Part shown: positions 29,143-38,591 of the stretch, piece by piece
Layout of the letters: each line of letters begins with the position of its first letter
Numbering within the stretch: position 1 is the first letter of the stretch
Origin: Candidatus Latescibacterota bacterium
Lineage (GTDB): Bacteria > Latescibacterota > UBA2968 > GCA-2709665
Reading direction: 5' to 3'
DNA: 64,000 nucleotides
NCBI GenBank assembly: GCA_965219995.1
Contig: CBDCOX010000002.1
Coordinates: 3,264,001 to 3,328,000, forward strand
Notes under the pieces: generated by a model
What the model saw: the letters and a program-made list of their open reading frames with translations, nothing else
Databases searched by the model: none
What the model was told of the DNA's origin: nothing
Translations under genes and position numbers: made by a program

Positions 29143-30399
29143 TCAGTTGTTTGTTTGCCGGATTATCTCATTTACGCTACACTCCGGTTTGGTCACGTCA
29201 AACGGAACACAGATCAACGATAGCTCTTCGTCAAATTTGTAATGTAATGGATCGTCGAATTTATCCGTCTTCGGATAGATCAGCGCGACTTTACTGCAGC
29301 CGTATTTCTTCCCGTATACGAACATCTGGTACATGTCGGCCTGGTTGACGCCGCGTTTCAGGTCGCCGTCCTCCGCGTTTACGCGCTTCCATTTTGTGTC
29401 CAGAATTAATACAGCGTTGTCATCGGACATCAGGCTGATATCCGGTTTCATATAAAAGACACCCTCGTTGCCATGGTGGGCTAACGGCGTCATCGGACCC
29501 TGTTTACGCACTGAATAATCACCTTGATGTCGCCGAAAACTGGCCGCCACGAAGTCCTCAAATATCTCCCACATCGGAAATAACAACGTCTGGTTGACGT
29601 GTCTCCCGGAGAACGTGGTCAGGCCGTGATTGAAGAGAAACAGGCCGACCCACTGCATCACCGCGTCGTAATGTTGAATCGTTCGATCCAGAGAGTGCCG
29701 GTCCCAGTCGCTCCGCGGGTGCGTTGACAACGGAATATCGGAAAAACCGATTCGCAGCTGATGCAACATCTGCTGGTTTCCAGGCTGGCGAACCGTTCGG
29801 TTCAGTTTGTCAATCGTGCTATGGATCAATCGATTGGCGGGTCGGTTTGCGCTGAACACGTCATAGCCCACGTAGAAACGTGCGCGGTTAGCCACGTTCT
29901 CGCGAATGTGTTGTGGAAATCGGATGCGTCCGCGGAGGCATGGCAGGTTCTCCTCCACCGGTTGATATTTGCGGGCAAGACCGCGTTGCGTGAGCATCAC
30001 GAGGTTGTTCAGGAACAGGTGGACGAAGACTTCCAGCATATTGAAGTGTCGCACGGCGTTGATCTGGCTCTCGTTGAATACAGCCTGCGACTTGAATCCA
30101 CGCCACGTGCGGAGCATGGAATAAAAGATCCGTTTGGTTTCGGATTTGTCGTCGTCGTCATCGACGAAGTCAACCTTTGGCAGAATTTCAAGCACCGTTC
30201 TCTTGCGGGTTTCGATAATTCCGACGTAGTTTCCCGCGAATAACCTGCTGTTCCTGGCGTGTAACACCGGCCTGTAGTTGCCGGGTACATCGTGTTGATT
30301 CTCCAGAGCAAACTCTTTCAGGTCTTTCAGTTCGTCCGTACTCAGGTCGGTTAGAGCTTCGTGTTCTTTGACGACCAGTGGTTTTTTTCTTGGCGGCAT
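29143..30399 (-). CDS. mcrC: McrC-family restriction nuclease subunit
   Basis: YVGII, EILPK, LLFPMWEIFEDFV, MKPDI, ILDTKWK, ADMYQMFVYG, ALIYP. Confidence 0.92.
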   Translation of the reverse strand: MPPRKKPLVVKEHEALTDLSTDELKDLKEFALENQHDVPGNYRPVLHARNSRLFAGNYVGIIETRKRTVLEILPKVDFVDDDDDKSETKRIFYSMLRTWRGFKSQAVFNESQINAVRHFNMLEVFVHLFLNNLVMLTQRGLARKYQPVEENLPCLRGRIRFPQHIRENVANRARFYVGYDVFSANRPANRLIHSTIDKLNRTVRQPGNQQMLHQLRIGFSDIPLSTHPRSDWDRHSLDRTIQHYDAVMQWVGLFLFNHGLTTFSGRHVNQTLLFPMWEIFEDFVAASFRRHQGDYSVRKQGPMTPLAHHGNEGVFYMKPDISLMSDDNAVLILDTKWKRVNAEDGDLKRGVNQADMYQMFVYGKKYGCSKVALIYPKTDKFDDPLHYKFDEELSLICVPFDVTKPECSVNEIIRQTNN

Positions 30400-30401
30400 G
30401 G

Positions 30402-33002
30402 TCAGGAGCCTGGTTCGGTTTCAGGGGTATCTTCCTGTGGTGATAGTTTCCCGCCGTAGATCGACTGGTAGCTCGCGGGATCTTTCCATCTGCTATTATC
30501 CGCGGGCAAGAATTCATAGACTTTCCTTTCTTCATCGATCAATTGTTGTTCGCCTCGCAGGTTTTCTGGGACTCCACGTTCTTTAATAAACCCGTTGCGA
30601 TTCAAGACCAGGTGGATTTTCTCCCAATTGTCGTAAAAGTATTCCTGAAGAAGGGGTAATATTCTATTCTTGAATCGTTCCTCAAGCGATTTCAAGTCAT
30701 CAATATTCATGAAATACGTATGCCCGATTTGATGCTCGCGATCAAGAAGGAAACGGATACGTTCATTCATTGCTTCAAGTAAACTCCGACAGTCCACGCC
30801 CCCAACATCGTCCGGGACGAGTTCAGGATCTGGCATCATCTCCACAAAATCAAAACGCCGCCGTAGCGCTGTATCCAGCAAAGCGATAGAACGATCGGCG
30901 GTATTCATCGTGCCGATTATGTACAGGTTGTCCGGCACACCGAATTCCTCTCCGGAGTAAGGGAGCGTGGCGGTTGTCTTATCATCAGCGCCGATCCGTT
31001 TGGAAGGTTCAATCAACGTTATCAACTCGCCGAATATCTTGGCGATGTTTCCACGATTGATTTCATCGATGATCAGGACATAATTCTGCTTCTCTACAGA
31101 CGCCGTCCTGTCTGTCGTCCATTCGTTATCGTGGAATTCTTTGACTTTTTTGAACAGCTCGAAGTAGAATCTCGCATTTCCGTGATAGCCCCGGCTGGAT
31201 TTATGCGTAGGTTTGATGTCCTTTAGAGACTTGATGTCACCATTGTAAAAAGCCTCGTAATCCCGCTTTATCATCCTCTTTGACAGTCTCTGATCCGATA
31301 ACATACCGCCAAGCTGTACTGATCGGAAGCTGCCCCTTGACCAATGTATCTTCGCAATCGTGACGCCACTCCTGTGATCCGGCGGGAAAAGCCTGATTTC
31401 ATCCTCTGATTCCAACCTCTTCGCTATCGACTGGGCATATTCCTCAAGTAGCTCATCAATATCCCACGACTCGTCACCCGCTTGCTCAGACTGCCTCCTG
31501 TTTTCGTCGGCCCGTATTGAAATCTTCTTGAATACGCCTTCAGACAGTTCATATTCTATATTTCCATTCCCGTCGTCATCTAGGTCCGGCCTGATACCCT
31601 CGATAAAATCCTCATAGTTATAGCTCTGGTGAAACGTCACCATATCGATCTGGCCTTTCACTTTCAGTTCATTAAATCGATGCAATTTGTCTTTTCGGAC
31701 ATCCTCGTTCTCTTTGACAAGCGGATCCACCGTTTTTTTACGTTTTATAATCGCCAGCGCATGATTGATCGTGTGCCATGTCTTGCTTGTACCTGGAGGA
31801 CCATACAGGATCTGATTCAAGGGATGTATCCTGGAATCTTGCCCCATCTGCGTGTTGTTGGCGGGATCTGGTTCCGTGTTGTTCTCAGATGAATCGTCTC
31901 TCAATGTCTCGATTAAGTCAATCGAGTTTTTATAGCCATCGGTCTTTTCGAAAAGCGAATAAACCCCTCCTTTGTACGTCTGGCTAAAGCCAGGTTGTCG
32001 CCTTACTTTGCCATGGGGTAGTTCGCACTCGGACTTGTTTATCCATAATACGTGAATCCTGCCATTGTCTGTCCAACTACCGTTTTCGGCATAGTCGTTC
32101 TTGTAGACGACGCCAATCGCTCGCCCCTTCTGTATTCCTGTCCTGACAAGCATAATGTCTCCTGGTTTGGGCTCGGTCAGCTTAGCGTACCGGTCCCAGC
32201 CCGTAAAGACGCAGTAATTATCTTTGAAACAATCGTCTCGGTCTTCCCAATAATCGTCGTTGCCTGGATCATCTACAAAAGTGCTAACCTGATACCATTT
32301 ATCGCTCACACGTATTCTGTTCTTGGCTTTGGGCTTTTGTAGATATAAGAACATATTGATTTCATACGGCTGGCATTTGGGAAATGCTTCCTTTATCTCT
32401 CCAAGAAATGACTGATATTTCCCATATCCGCCATCCTCGGAAATTTCATTCTTTAGTTCCCCCGCAGTCAAAAAACCCCGAGTTTCCGACAATACGTCAT
32501 ATGTGTCGTCCACCGGCAGGAAGAATTCGGGATTAATTAAGAACAGGGATTGTGTCAATTTTGGAGTTGCGACGAATTTTATGTCCAGAGCATGCTTAAA
32601 GTCTTGCGGTTCTATCTCTGGATGGACCGGCAATGCCTGGCGGAAAAGACGCCACAGCAATTCGTTTTTGAAGTTCTGTCCGTCATGAAAAAGGGCATTA
32701 AGACTGGTAGGAGTGGGAAAGATGTAGTATTCACCTACCCTCGGATCAGGAAGCGGGTTGTCGATTCCGAATTCATGCGTGACACTTTCATAAACGGTTT
32801 TTCGTTGCTTGGCTGTTGCTTTAGATGCCAGGAAATAAACAAATGAGAATGGATCGATCCCTTCATCTCCGTATTTAGTCAGTGCGCGGTTCTCACCCCA
32901 ATCCACCTGCCCGGCTTTGTCAATCAGATAGGCTTCACCGCCTTCCGCGATTTTCTTTACTAACTCGCGAAACCACGGTACCCAGTCGTATATTTCTTTC
33001 AT
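30402..33002 (-). CDS. mcrB: McrB-family AAA+ GTPase with long uncharacterised N-terminus
   Basis: NQILYGPPGTSKT, VTFHQSYNYEDFIEG, LIIDEINRGNIAKIFGE, GTMNTADRSIALLDTALRRRF; RBS GGAAGGA. Confidence 0.92.
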   Translation of the reverse strand: MKEIYDWVPWFRELVKKIAEGGEAYLIDKAGQVDWGENRALTKYGDEGIDPFSFVYFLASKATAKQRKTVYESVTHEFGIDNPLPDPRVGEYYIFPTPTSLNALFHDGQNFKNELLWRLFRQALPVHPEIEPQDFKHALDIKFVATPKLTQSLFLINPEFFLPVDDTYDVLSETRGFLTAGELKNEISEDGGYGKYQSFLGEIKEAFPKCQPYEINMFLYLQKPKAKNRIRVSDKWYQVSTFVDDPGNDDYWEDRDDCFKDNYCVFTGWDRYAKLTEPKPGDIMLVRTGIQKGRAIGVVYKNDYAENGSWTDNGRIHVLWINKSECELPHGKVRRQPGFSQTYKGGVYSLFEKTDGYKNSIDLIETLRDDSSENNTEPDPANNTQMGQDSRIHPLNQILYGPPGTSKTWHTINHALAIIKRKKTVDPLVKENEDVRKDKLHRFNELKVKGQIDMVTFHQSYNYEDFIEGIRPDLDDDGNGNIEYELSEGVFKKISIRADENRRQSEQAGDESWDIDELLEEYAQSIAKRLESEDEIRLFPPDHRSGVTIAKIHWSRGSFRSVQLGGMLSDQRLSKRMIKRDYEAFYNGDIKSLKDIKPTHKSSRGYHGNARFYFELFKKVKEFHDNEWTTDRTASVEKQNYVLIIDEINRGNIAKIFGELITLIEPSKRIGADDKTTATLPYSGEEFGVPDNLYIIGTMNTADRSIALLDTALRRRFDFVEMMPDPELVPDDVGGVDCRSLLEAMNERIRFLLDREHQIGHTYFMNIDDLKSLEERFKNRILPLLQEYFYDNWEKIHLVLNRNGFIKERGVPENLRGEQQLIDEERKVYEFLPADNSRWKDPASYQSIYGGKLSPQEDTPETEPGS

Positions 33003-33124
33003 CTTGGTATGTCCTTCCCTTTGGAGTATTGGAACAAACTGACGATTAGCCCTTACAGTAAGATCTCTTCGCAAAATGCATGTATGATCGGTCATGCACC
33101 TTGCGTTCGGTACAACGCTGAAAT

Positions 33125-33480
33125 CCCCCCTCCGCATCAGCCGTCGCCGGCCCTTCGACAACCCTTCGACAAGCTCAGGACAGCGGCTCAGGGATCGGCT
33201 CGGCTTCTGCGACGCCCCTTCAACAGTCCGTTGAAATAGTCGCTCTGCAGGCGAGGCCGAGTCATTGTGGCCGAAGACAAGGCGCGCGACCGACGCGAAT
33301 CCCTGGATTCGGGGAGGGAGCGCAACGCTGTAATTCGGTCACAAGGGCCGGACGCAGACCGGATGGACTCTTTCAACGGGCTGTCACGGGGGGAGTGATT
33401 AAACCGTCGAACGGGCGCGCGCCCTTACTTCCAGCTATTTGGTTGCTGTTGAGTACAGCGTCGCCGCGCTAGCCTGCTTG
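33125..33480. repeat. Right inverted-repeat module flanking mcrBC (interrupted by a MITE)
   Basis: CGGCTCGGCTTCTGCGAC.CCCCT[MITE]TCACGGGGGGAGTGAT...ACTTCCAGCTATTTGGTTGC matches the reverse complement of the left module. Confidence 0.8.
33224..33383. mobile_element. 160-bp MITE
   Basis: TIRs CAGTCCGTTGAAATAGTC / GACTCTTTCAACGGGCTG; flanked by TCAA and TCAC; absent from the left repeat copy. Confidence 0.8.
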
Positions 33481-33889
33481 GTCGGCGAGTGTGTGGCAAA
33501 TTGCGTCATTGCGAGCAGAAATATAACACATATATGTTGATCTATCGCTGATTTATAGGGTGATTTCGTTCATTTCTTGTTGAATTCCTGTATTGATTCG
33601 CTCAGCGGGACACGGATTCCCAACAGCGATTCGAATTATATCCCGTTTTTGCGACACCGTTGCGGGAAACAACAGGGAATCGACGCCGCAGGAAACGGCG
33701 GCTCTCTCAGGATGACAGTGGGATTTGGAGTGCGAGAAGGAGGAGCGGTCGAGGGTGTACGCGACGCGTTTCATCCATCGCCGATTGTTAATGATCGCCT
33801 TTATGCGTCCATTGCAGGGTCGGTGTAATCGGCGACCTGTCTCAGGTGGTCAATACAACCAAGCGATTTCTCAAACGAACATTTGAAAG

Positions 33890-34046
33890 GGTGGAGCAGA
33901 CATTCCTGTCTGCTCACATCGAACCCGAACCTCGCAAGAAGAAATCAGGAGACGCTGCGACCCGCCGCCGTGTTCGCCTTTGGAAAATGGAAGGCGTTTT
34001 CTACAGGATCACCTGAACAGGGCAGACAGGAATGTCCGCCCCACCT
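33890..34046. repeat. Inverted pair of REP-like palindromes
   Basis: GGTGGAGCAGACATTCCTGTCTGC ... GCAGACAGGAATGTCCGCCCCACC. Confidence 0.7.
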
Positions 34047-34220
34047 TCAGACGTGCTTTTTCATACGCCGGATGATCTCTTCTACGCTGCCCTTCCGCAG
34101 ATAAACCTTCGAGATACAATACCGACGTTACTCTATCCGCGGGCATGCCAGCGGACCCGGAAGGCAACCCTTCGGCGTGATCCGTAAGATGCTGATGGCT
34201 GACTGTTGAGAGATGATTGC

Positions 34221-34841
34221 TTATATCAACCCCTTCTCCGTCGCGATGGCGACGGCTTCGGTGCGGTTTCCGGCGTCGAGTTTGGACAGGATTTCGCTGA
34301 CGTGGAACTTGACCGTGCGTTCGGAGATGTAAAGTTGGTCGGCGATTTCCTTGTTCAATAGACCCGTTGCGATCAGTTTCAGCACTTCCTTCTGACGCGG
34401 CGTCAACGCATCGGGGTTGTTGACGCTTTCCAGCAATCTGGAAGCAACCAGGGGTTCGAGCAGCGACCCGCCTTCGTGTACCACACGAACGGCGCGAAAC
34501 AGCTCCTCTCTGGGCGAGCCCTTCAGCAGATAGCCTTTTGCGCCGGCCTTCATCGCGGAAACAATGCGCTCGTCCGTGTCAAAGACCGTGAATACAATCG
34601 TCCGTGCACGGGCGTTGTTTTCCTTCAAGCGCCGAAGGGTCTCGATCCCATCCACACCCGGCATCTCCAGATCCAGCAACAGTACGTCCGGGTCACACCC
34701 GGCTACCTTCCGCATCGCCTCCTCCCCGTCACCGGCTTCTCCGACGATCTCGAAATCAGCCTGCGTACCCAGCATCGCCGCCAGGCCGTCGCGCACAACC
34801 GGATGATCGTCGACAATCAGAATGCGAATCGGGGCGGTCAT
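34221..34841 (-). CDS. NarL/LuxR-family response regulator
   Basis: [36 protein letters not shown]...NKEIA...TVKFHV; ATGA overlap with the kinase. Confidence 0.93.
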   Translation of the reverse strand: MTAPIRILIVDDHPVVRDGLAAMLGTQADFEIVGEAGDGEEAMRKVAGCDPDVLLLDLEMPGVDGIETLRRLKENNARARTIVFTVFDTDERIVSAMKAGAKGYLLKGSPREELFRAVRVVHEGGSLLEPLVASRLLESVNNPDALTPRQKEVLKLIATGLLNKEIADQLYISERTVKFHVSEILSKLDAGNRTEAVAIATEKGLI

Positions 34842-36016
34842 TTCTTGCCCTGTGCAGGAATGTGCGTTTCCAGCCGCGTGCCGTGTCCCGGCGAACTTTC
34901 GATTTTCAGTGAACCTCCAAGCAAACGCGCCCGCTCGCGCATTCCGACCAGCCCATGTCGACCACGGGGCACGTTTGAAGGGTCGAATCCGCAACCGTCG
35001 TCCTCAACGATCAGTGTAACGCAATCGGGCGTTGACGTCAGTTCGACAGACACGCCACTTGCTTTGGCATGCGCCGCGACGTTGTTCATCGCCTCCTGTG
35101 CGATGCGAAACAGACCTGCTTCAACCCGTGCGGATAGAGGATATCCGCCAATGCAATCTACCCGGATGTCCAGACCTGCCTCGGATCCAATTTCCTTCGC
35201 GAGTGCGTCCAACGCTCCGGTCAACGAGCGATTCTCCAGGGGGGCAGCACGGAGATCCAGTACGGCGCGGCGCGCATCCTCGAGATTGTCGCGAGCCAGC
35301 GCGATTGCGTCGCGCACAATCTCGGACAGCCTCTCGCGGTCCGCGTCACCGTCAAGCAGGGCGTCCAGTGTTTCCAGCCTCATAAGAATCCCCGCGAGAT
35401 TCTGGCCGAGCGTGTCGTGTATCTCTCGCGCAAGCCGGATACGCTCATCCACCGCGCCGATTTCCACGCTCTGTTCGTAGAAGCGCGCCCGTTCGATCGC
35501 GATGCTCGTCAGATCGCCGATCGTATTGAGCAGTCGCAGATCTTCGGCCGAGAGCTCACGCCACGCGGCGCTTGCAACGTTCAACACGCCAACCTTTTTT
35601 CGTTTCGCGTACAACGGAATGCTCGCGTGATACTTCAACCCCTCCGTGCCTTCGACAAGCCCTTTCAGCCTGCTGCACGCCACGACGTTCACATTCGCGG
35701 CGCCCTTCAAATCCCCTTTCCGGTAGGTGTCCAGGCAATAGCACCATCCACCCATCTTAACCGGGTTGTCGTGCAACGCGGGCGGCAGGTTCTGCGCAGC
35801 TGCCAGATACGGCTCGCCGGTCTCTTCGCTCAGGAGCCATATCCAGCTTGTACTCAGGTCGAGCAGGGCGGCTACTTTTCGAAGTGCGGCTTCAAGCGCC
35901 TGATCGAGACCCACGGACTGGTTCAATTCGTGGGCAATCTCGTTCAGAACCGTGAGTTCGCGATTGCGCTGTCTGAGCTGGCGGGTTGGCGTCGGCATGG
36001 CTTTCGTCCCTGGCAT
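34838..36016 (-). CDS. Soluble GAF-domain HisKA_3 sensor kinase (YhcY-like)
   Basis: GAF with WCYCLD and ACSRL; [15 protein letters not shown]; [11 protein letters not shown]; DDGCGFD; GLVGMRER. Confidence 0.9.
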   Translation of the reverse strand: MPGTKAMPTPTRQLRQRNRELTVLNEIAHELNQSVGLDQALEAALRKVAALLDLSTSWIWLLSEETGEPYLAAAQNLPPALHDNPVKMGGWCYCLDTYRKGDLKGAANVNVVACSRLKGLVEGTEGLKYHASIPLYAKRKKVGVLNVASAAWRELSAEDLRLLNTIGDLTSIAIERARFYEQSVEIGAVDERIRLAREIHDTLGQNLAGILMRLETLDALLDGDADRERLSEIVRDAIALARDNLEDARRAVLDLRAAPLENRSLTGALDALAKEIGSEAGLDIRVDCIGGYPLSARVEAGLFRIAQEAMNNVAAHAKASGVSVELTSTPDCVTLIVEDDGCGFDPSNVPRGRHGLVGMRERARLLGGSLKIESSPGHGTRLETHIPAQGKK

Positions 36017-36054
36017 GCGGTTTCTTTCGTACGACGTGGCAATATATCTCCCGT

Positions 36055-37161
36055 TCAGGGCAAAATCAAATGCAGATCGCCAAACTCATGCCACAGATAC
36101 CCCTTGTCGAGCGCTGCTTCATAGGTCGCCCGAAGATGATCCGGACCCGTCAATGCCTGCAACATCGACAGATGTGTGGCGTGAGGTTCGTGCATGCCGG
36201 TCAGGAGACCGTCTACGATCCGCATCGGCCGCTCGGGCGATATCACCAGGTCCGTCCACCCGTGACCCGGATGGACCCGTCCAGCCTCTTCGGCAACGGT
36301 CTCGAGCGCCCGGACCACCGTGGTGCCGACGGCAACGATCCGTCCGCCATTTTCGCGTGCGAGGTTGATTACCCGCGCCGATTCGCCGGGTACGCTGTAA
36401 TACTCCTCAAAGGGCGGCTCGTCGGCTTCCAGACTTGCCACGCCGGTGTGCAGGATCAACGGCGCGATCTGAATGCCCTTTGCGACCAGCTTTGTGATGA
36501 CCTCGGGCGTGAACGCGCGGCCGGCCGATGGCATTTCGGCGCTTCCTGCCTCGGTTGCATAGACGTTCTGGTAAACCTCGATGGGCCAGTTCTCCTGAAC
36601 GTATCCATACCGGATTGGCGCGCCGTAGACATCCAGGTACGTATCCACGTCGCAGGGCAATGCCAATGTCGCTATCCACAGACGAACATCGGCGAGCGGA
36701 TCGTCGCGCAACTCAGGCCTGAAGGGTGCGTGCAGGTGCGCCGATCCGCCGCCGGGCAACGCCATCACCTCGCCCGGACGCGCGTGCAGGAACGGCAATG
36801 TCCCATCCGATGACCGCATTTCAACCATCCACAAATCGGCCGGCAGATGCGTTGACAGATGCAGCCTCAGTTCTGAGCCATCGGTCCGGATGGCCGGCAG
36901 CGACGCTTTCCGGGTTCCACTCGTATTGATCACCAGAACGTCCCCGGGGCGAAGCACGTCGGGAAGATCGCGAAATCCGACGTGTTCGATCGAATCGTCA
37001 CTTTTTCGCGATACCATCAACCGGACCTCGTCCCTACCGAGTCCGCGCGCTTCCGGCGGCTCTCCTGCCTCGAGGCTCGGCGGCAGATCGAAGGAAAGAG
37101 TATCCAACCTCGAATTCACCATTGCAACGGGCAGTACAGAGTTCGATTTCGACACAGACAT
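36055..37161 (-). CDS. QueA-like (SAM:tRNA ribosyltransferase-isomerase fold) paralogue
   Basis: FDLPPSL, LRPGDVLVINTS, YQNVYA..GSAEMPSAGRAFT, VAVGTTVVRALE, YLWHEFGDLHLI. Confidence 0.85.
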   Translation of the reverse strand: MSVSKSNSVLPVAMVNSRLDTLSFDLPPSLEAGEPPEARGLGRDEVRLMVSRKSDDSIEHVGFRDLPDVLRPGDVLVINTSGTRKASLPAIRTDGSELRLHLSTHLPADLWMVEMRSSDGTLPFLHARPGEVMALPGGGSAHLHAPFRPELRDDPLADVRLWIATLALPCDVDTYLDVYGAPIRYGYVQENWPIEVYQNVYATEAGSAEMPSAGRAFTPEVITKLVAKGIQIAPLILHTGVASLEADEPPFEEYYSVPGESARVINLARENGGRIVAVGTTVVRALETVAEEAGRVHPGHGWTDLVISPERPMRIVDGLLTGMHEPHATHLSMLQALTGPDHLRATYEAALDKGYLWHEFGDLHLILP

Positions 37162-37173
37162 GGGGACCCCCTT

Positions 37174-37881
37174 TCAACATATGCTCGTCACCGGCGTGAA
37201 TGACTCGCGCGCCTGGTAGCGTCCACTGTCATAGTCGCCTTCCAACAGTTTCAGGAGTCCCGGCACACTCGCCTCCGGTACGGGACGATCGCCTATATCC
37301 TCTCCAGGAAACGCGTCCTGGTGCATCTGCGTCCGCATATCGCCCGGATCCACCCGGTAGACCCGCCAGTCCGGACGTTCCGCAGCAAGCACATTCGAAA
37401 GCTGTTCAATCGCTGCCTTGGAAGAGCCGTACCCGCCCCAGCCCTCATACGCCTCCCTCGCGGCGTCGCTTGTCACGTTGATCACACGCGCGCAGGGCTT
37501 CAATGCCTGTTGGACTGCCTGGAGCACACCCAGAGGCGCGATTACGTTGGCACGATACACTTCTTCCAGGATATTGAGCGGATAATCCAGCAATCCGGGC
37601 TGGGGACTCGGACCCAGCATGCCGGCGTTGTTGATCACCGCATCCAAGCCTCCGACCTCATTTGCGGCTTGTGCCAACTTCAAGCGATGTTCGGCGTGGG
37701 TCACGTCTCCGGGAACGGCGATGACGTCCGTTCGCCTTGCCAATTCTTCACGTGCGGCTTCCAGTGCCTCCGCGCCCCTGGCGTTGATGACCAGGCCCCA
37801 TCCTCTCCGTGCGAGTGCTCGCGAGAGAGCAAGGCCCAGACCCCGTGATGCGCCCGTAATCAGTGCCGTCTGCATGGACAT
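37174..37881 (-). CDS. Short-chain dehydrogenase/reductase
   Basis: TGASRGLG, NNAG, YGSSK, DPGDMRT. Confidence 0.92.
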   Translation of the reverse strand: MSMQTALITGASRGLGLALSRALARRGWGLVINARGAEALEAAREELARRTDVIAVPGDVTHAEHRLKLAQAANEVGGLDAVINNAGMLGPSPQPGLLDYPLNILEEVYRANVIAPLGVLQAVQQALKPCARVINVTSDAAREAYEGWGGYGSSKAAIEQLSNVLAAERPDWRVYRVDPGDMRTQMHQDAFPGEDIGDRPVPEASVPGLLKLLEGDYDSGRYQARESFTPVTSIC

Positions 37882-37996
37882 CGTCAACCTCCTTTCGATT
37901 TAAACCGCCGATTGTGATGATCTACCGCTCTCCTGTCGTGGTTGAAATGTAGCCAAACAAAAAGCCCTCCGCATCGAACGGAGGGCCAGTTAGAAT

Positions 37997-38014
37997 CCTG
38001 TACTTTCGTGCAGG
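37997..38014. promoter_or_regulatory. Candidate operator palindrome upstream of the SDR operon
   Basis: CCTGTAC-TTTC-GTGCAGG; a related half-match CCTGTCC follows; perfect hairpin GCCCTCCG..CGGAGGGC nearby. Confidence 0.35.
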
Positions 38015-38220
38015 GAGATCCTGTCCGTCTGGTCAGTTTATTTCACAGTCGTGACACCACTTAGCCTGAATAACTCACTAAACATGAACTTACATGGATG
38101 GACAGGATGAGCAGGATAAAGACAAAAACCGACCAGGATTAAGACAAAAGTAGTACGAATGATCACGATTACGGGCTAGAGCGATGGATCCTTACTTCAT
38201 TTTGGGGGGAGGTTAATTCG

Positions 38221-38433
38221 AATATACGCAAGTTGATAAAGGCGATTTGACATCGGATTTCCAGGAACCTTCAGGGCACTGGACGTGAACCGAAAGTATA
38301 TGCTTCCGGACGAACCTTTCGGCCCGTTGAGGAAATGACTGCAGGGTCGCCGCGTTACGACGCACGCCGTTTCGCACGGATGCCTTTTGTGCTTTTTGTG
38401 GCCAATTCTTCGGTTTTCTTTTTTCGAATTGAA
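38221..38433. repeat. Dispersed ~210-bp intergenic repeat, copy 1
   Basis: AATATACGCAAGT..ATAAAGGCGATTTGAC...TTCCAGGAACCTTCAGG...GGACGTGAAC, also at 60853. Confidence 0.85.
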
Positions 38434-38591
38434 GTTCAGGGATCGTTAGGGTCGGAGTGATGACGTGCGGTCTATGGTGAATCGATTCACTGCCGTTACT
38501 CGTTTTCTCGTGCCTTTCTCCTGCTCTTTGGTTCTTATCCTGTTCATCCTGTCCATCCATGTGAGTTCACGTCTGTGGTATATTCCACACC

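Noticed and set aside
33500-34200. Small ORFs between mcrB and the response regulator
   Set aside because: No recognisable motifs; the region is mostly repeats and possible decayed fragments.
36055-37161. Assigning the symbol queA
   Set aside because: Diagnostic motifs diverge and the context lacks tgt, so it is treated as a paralogue.
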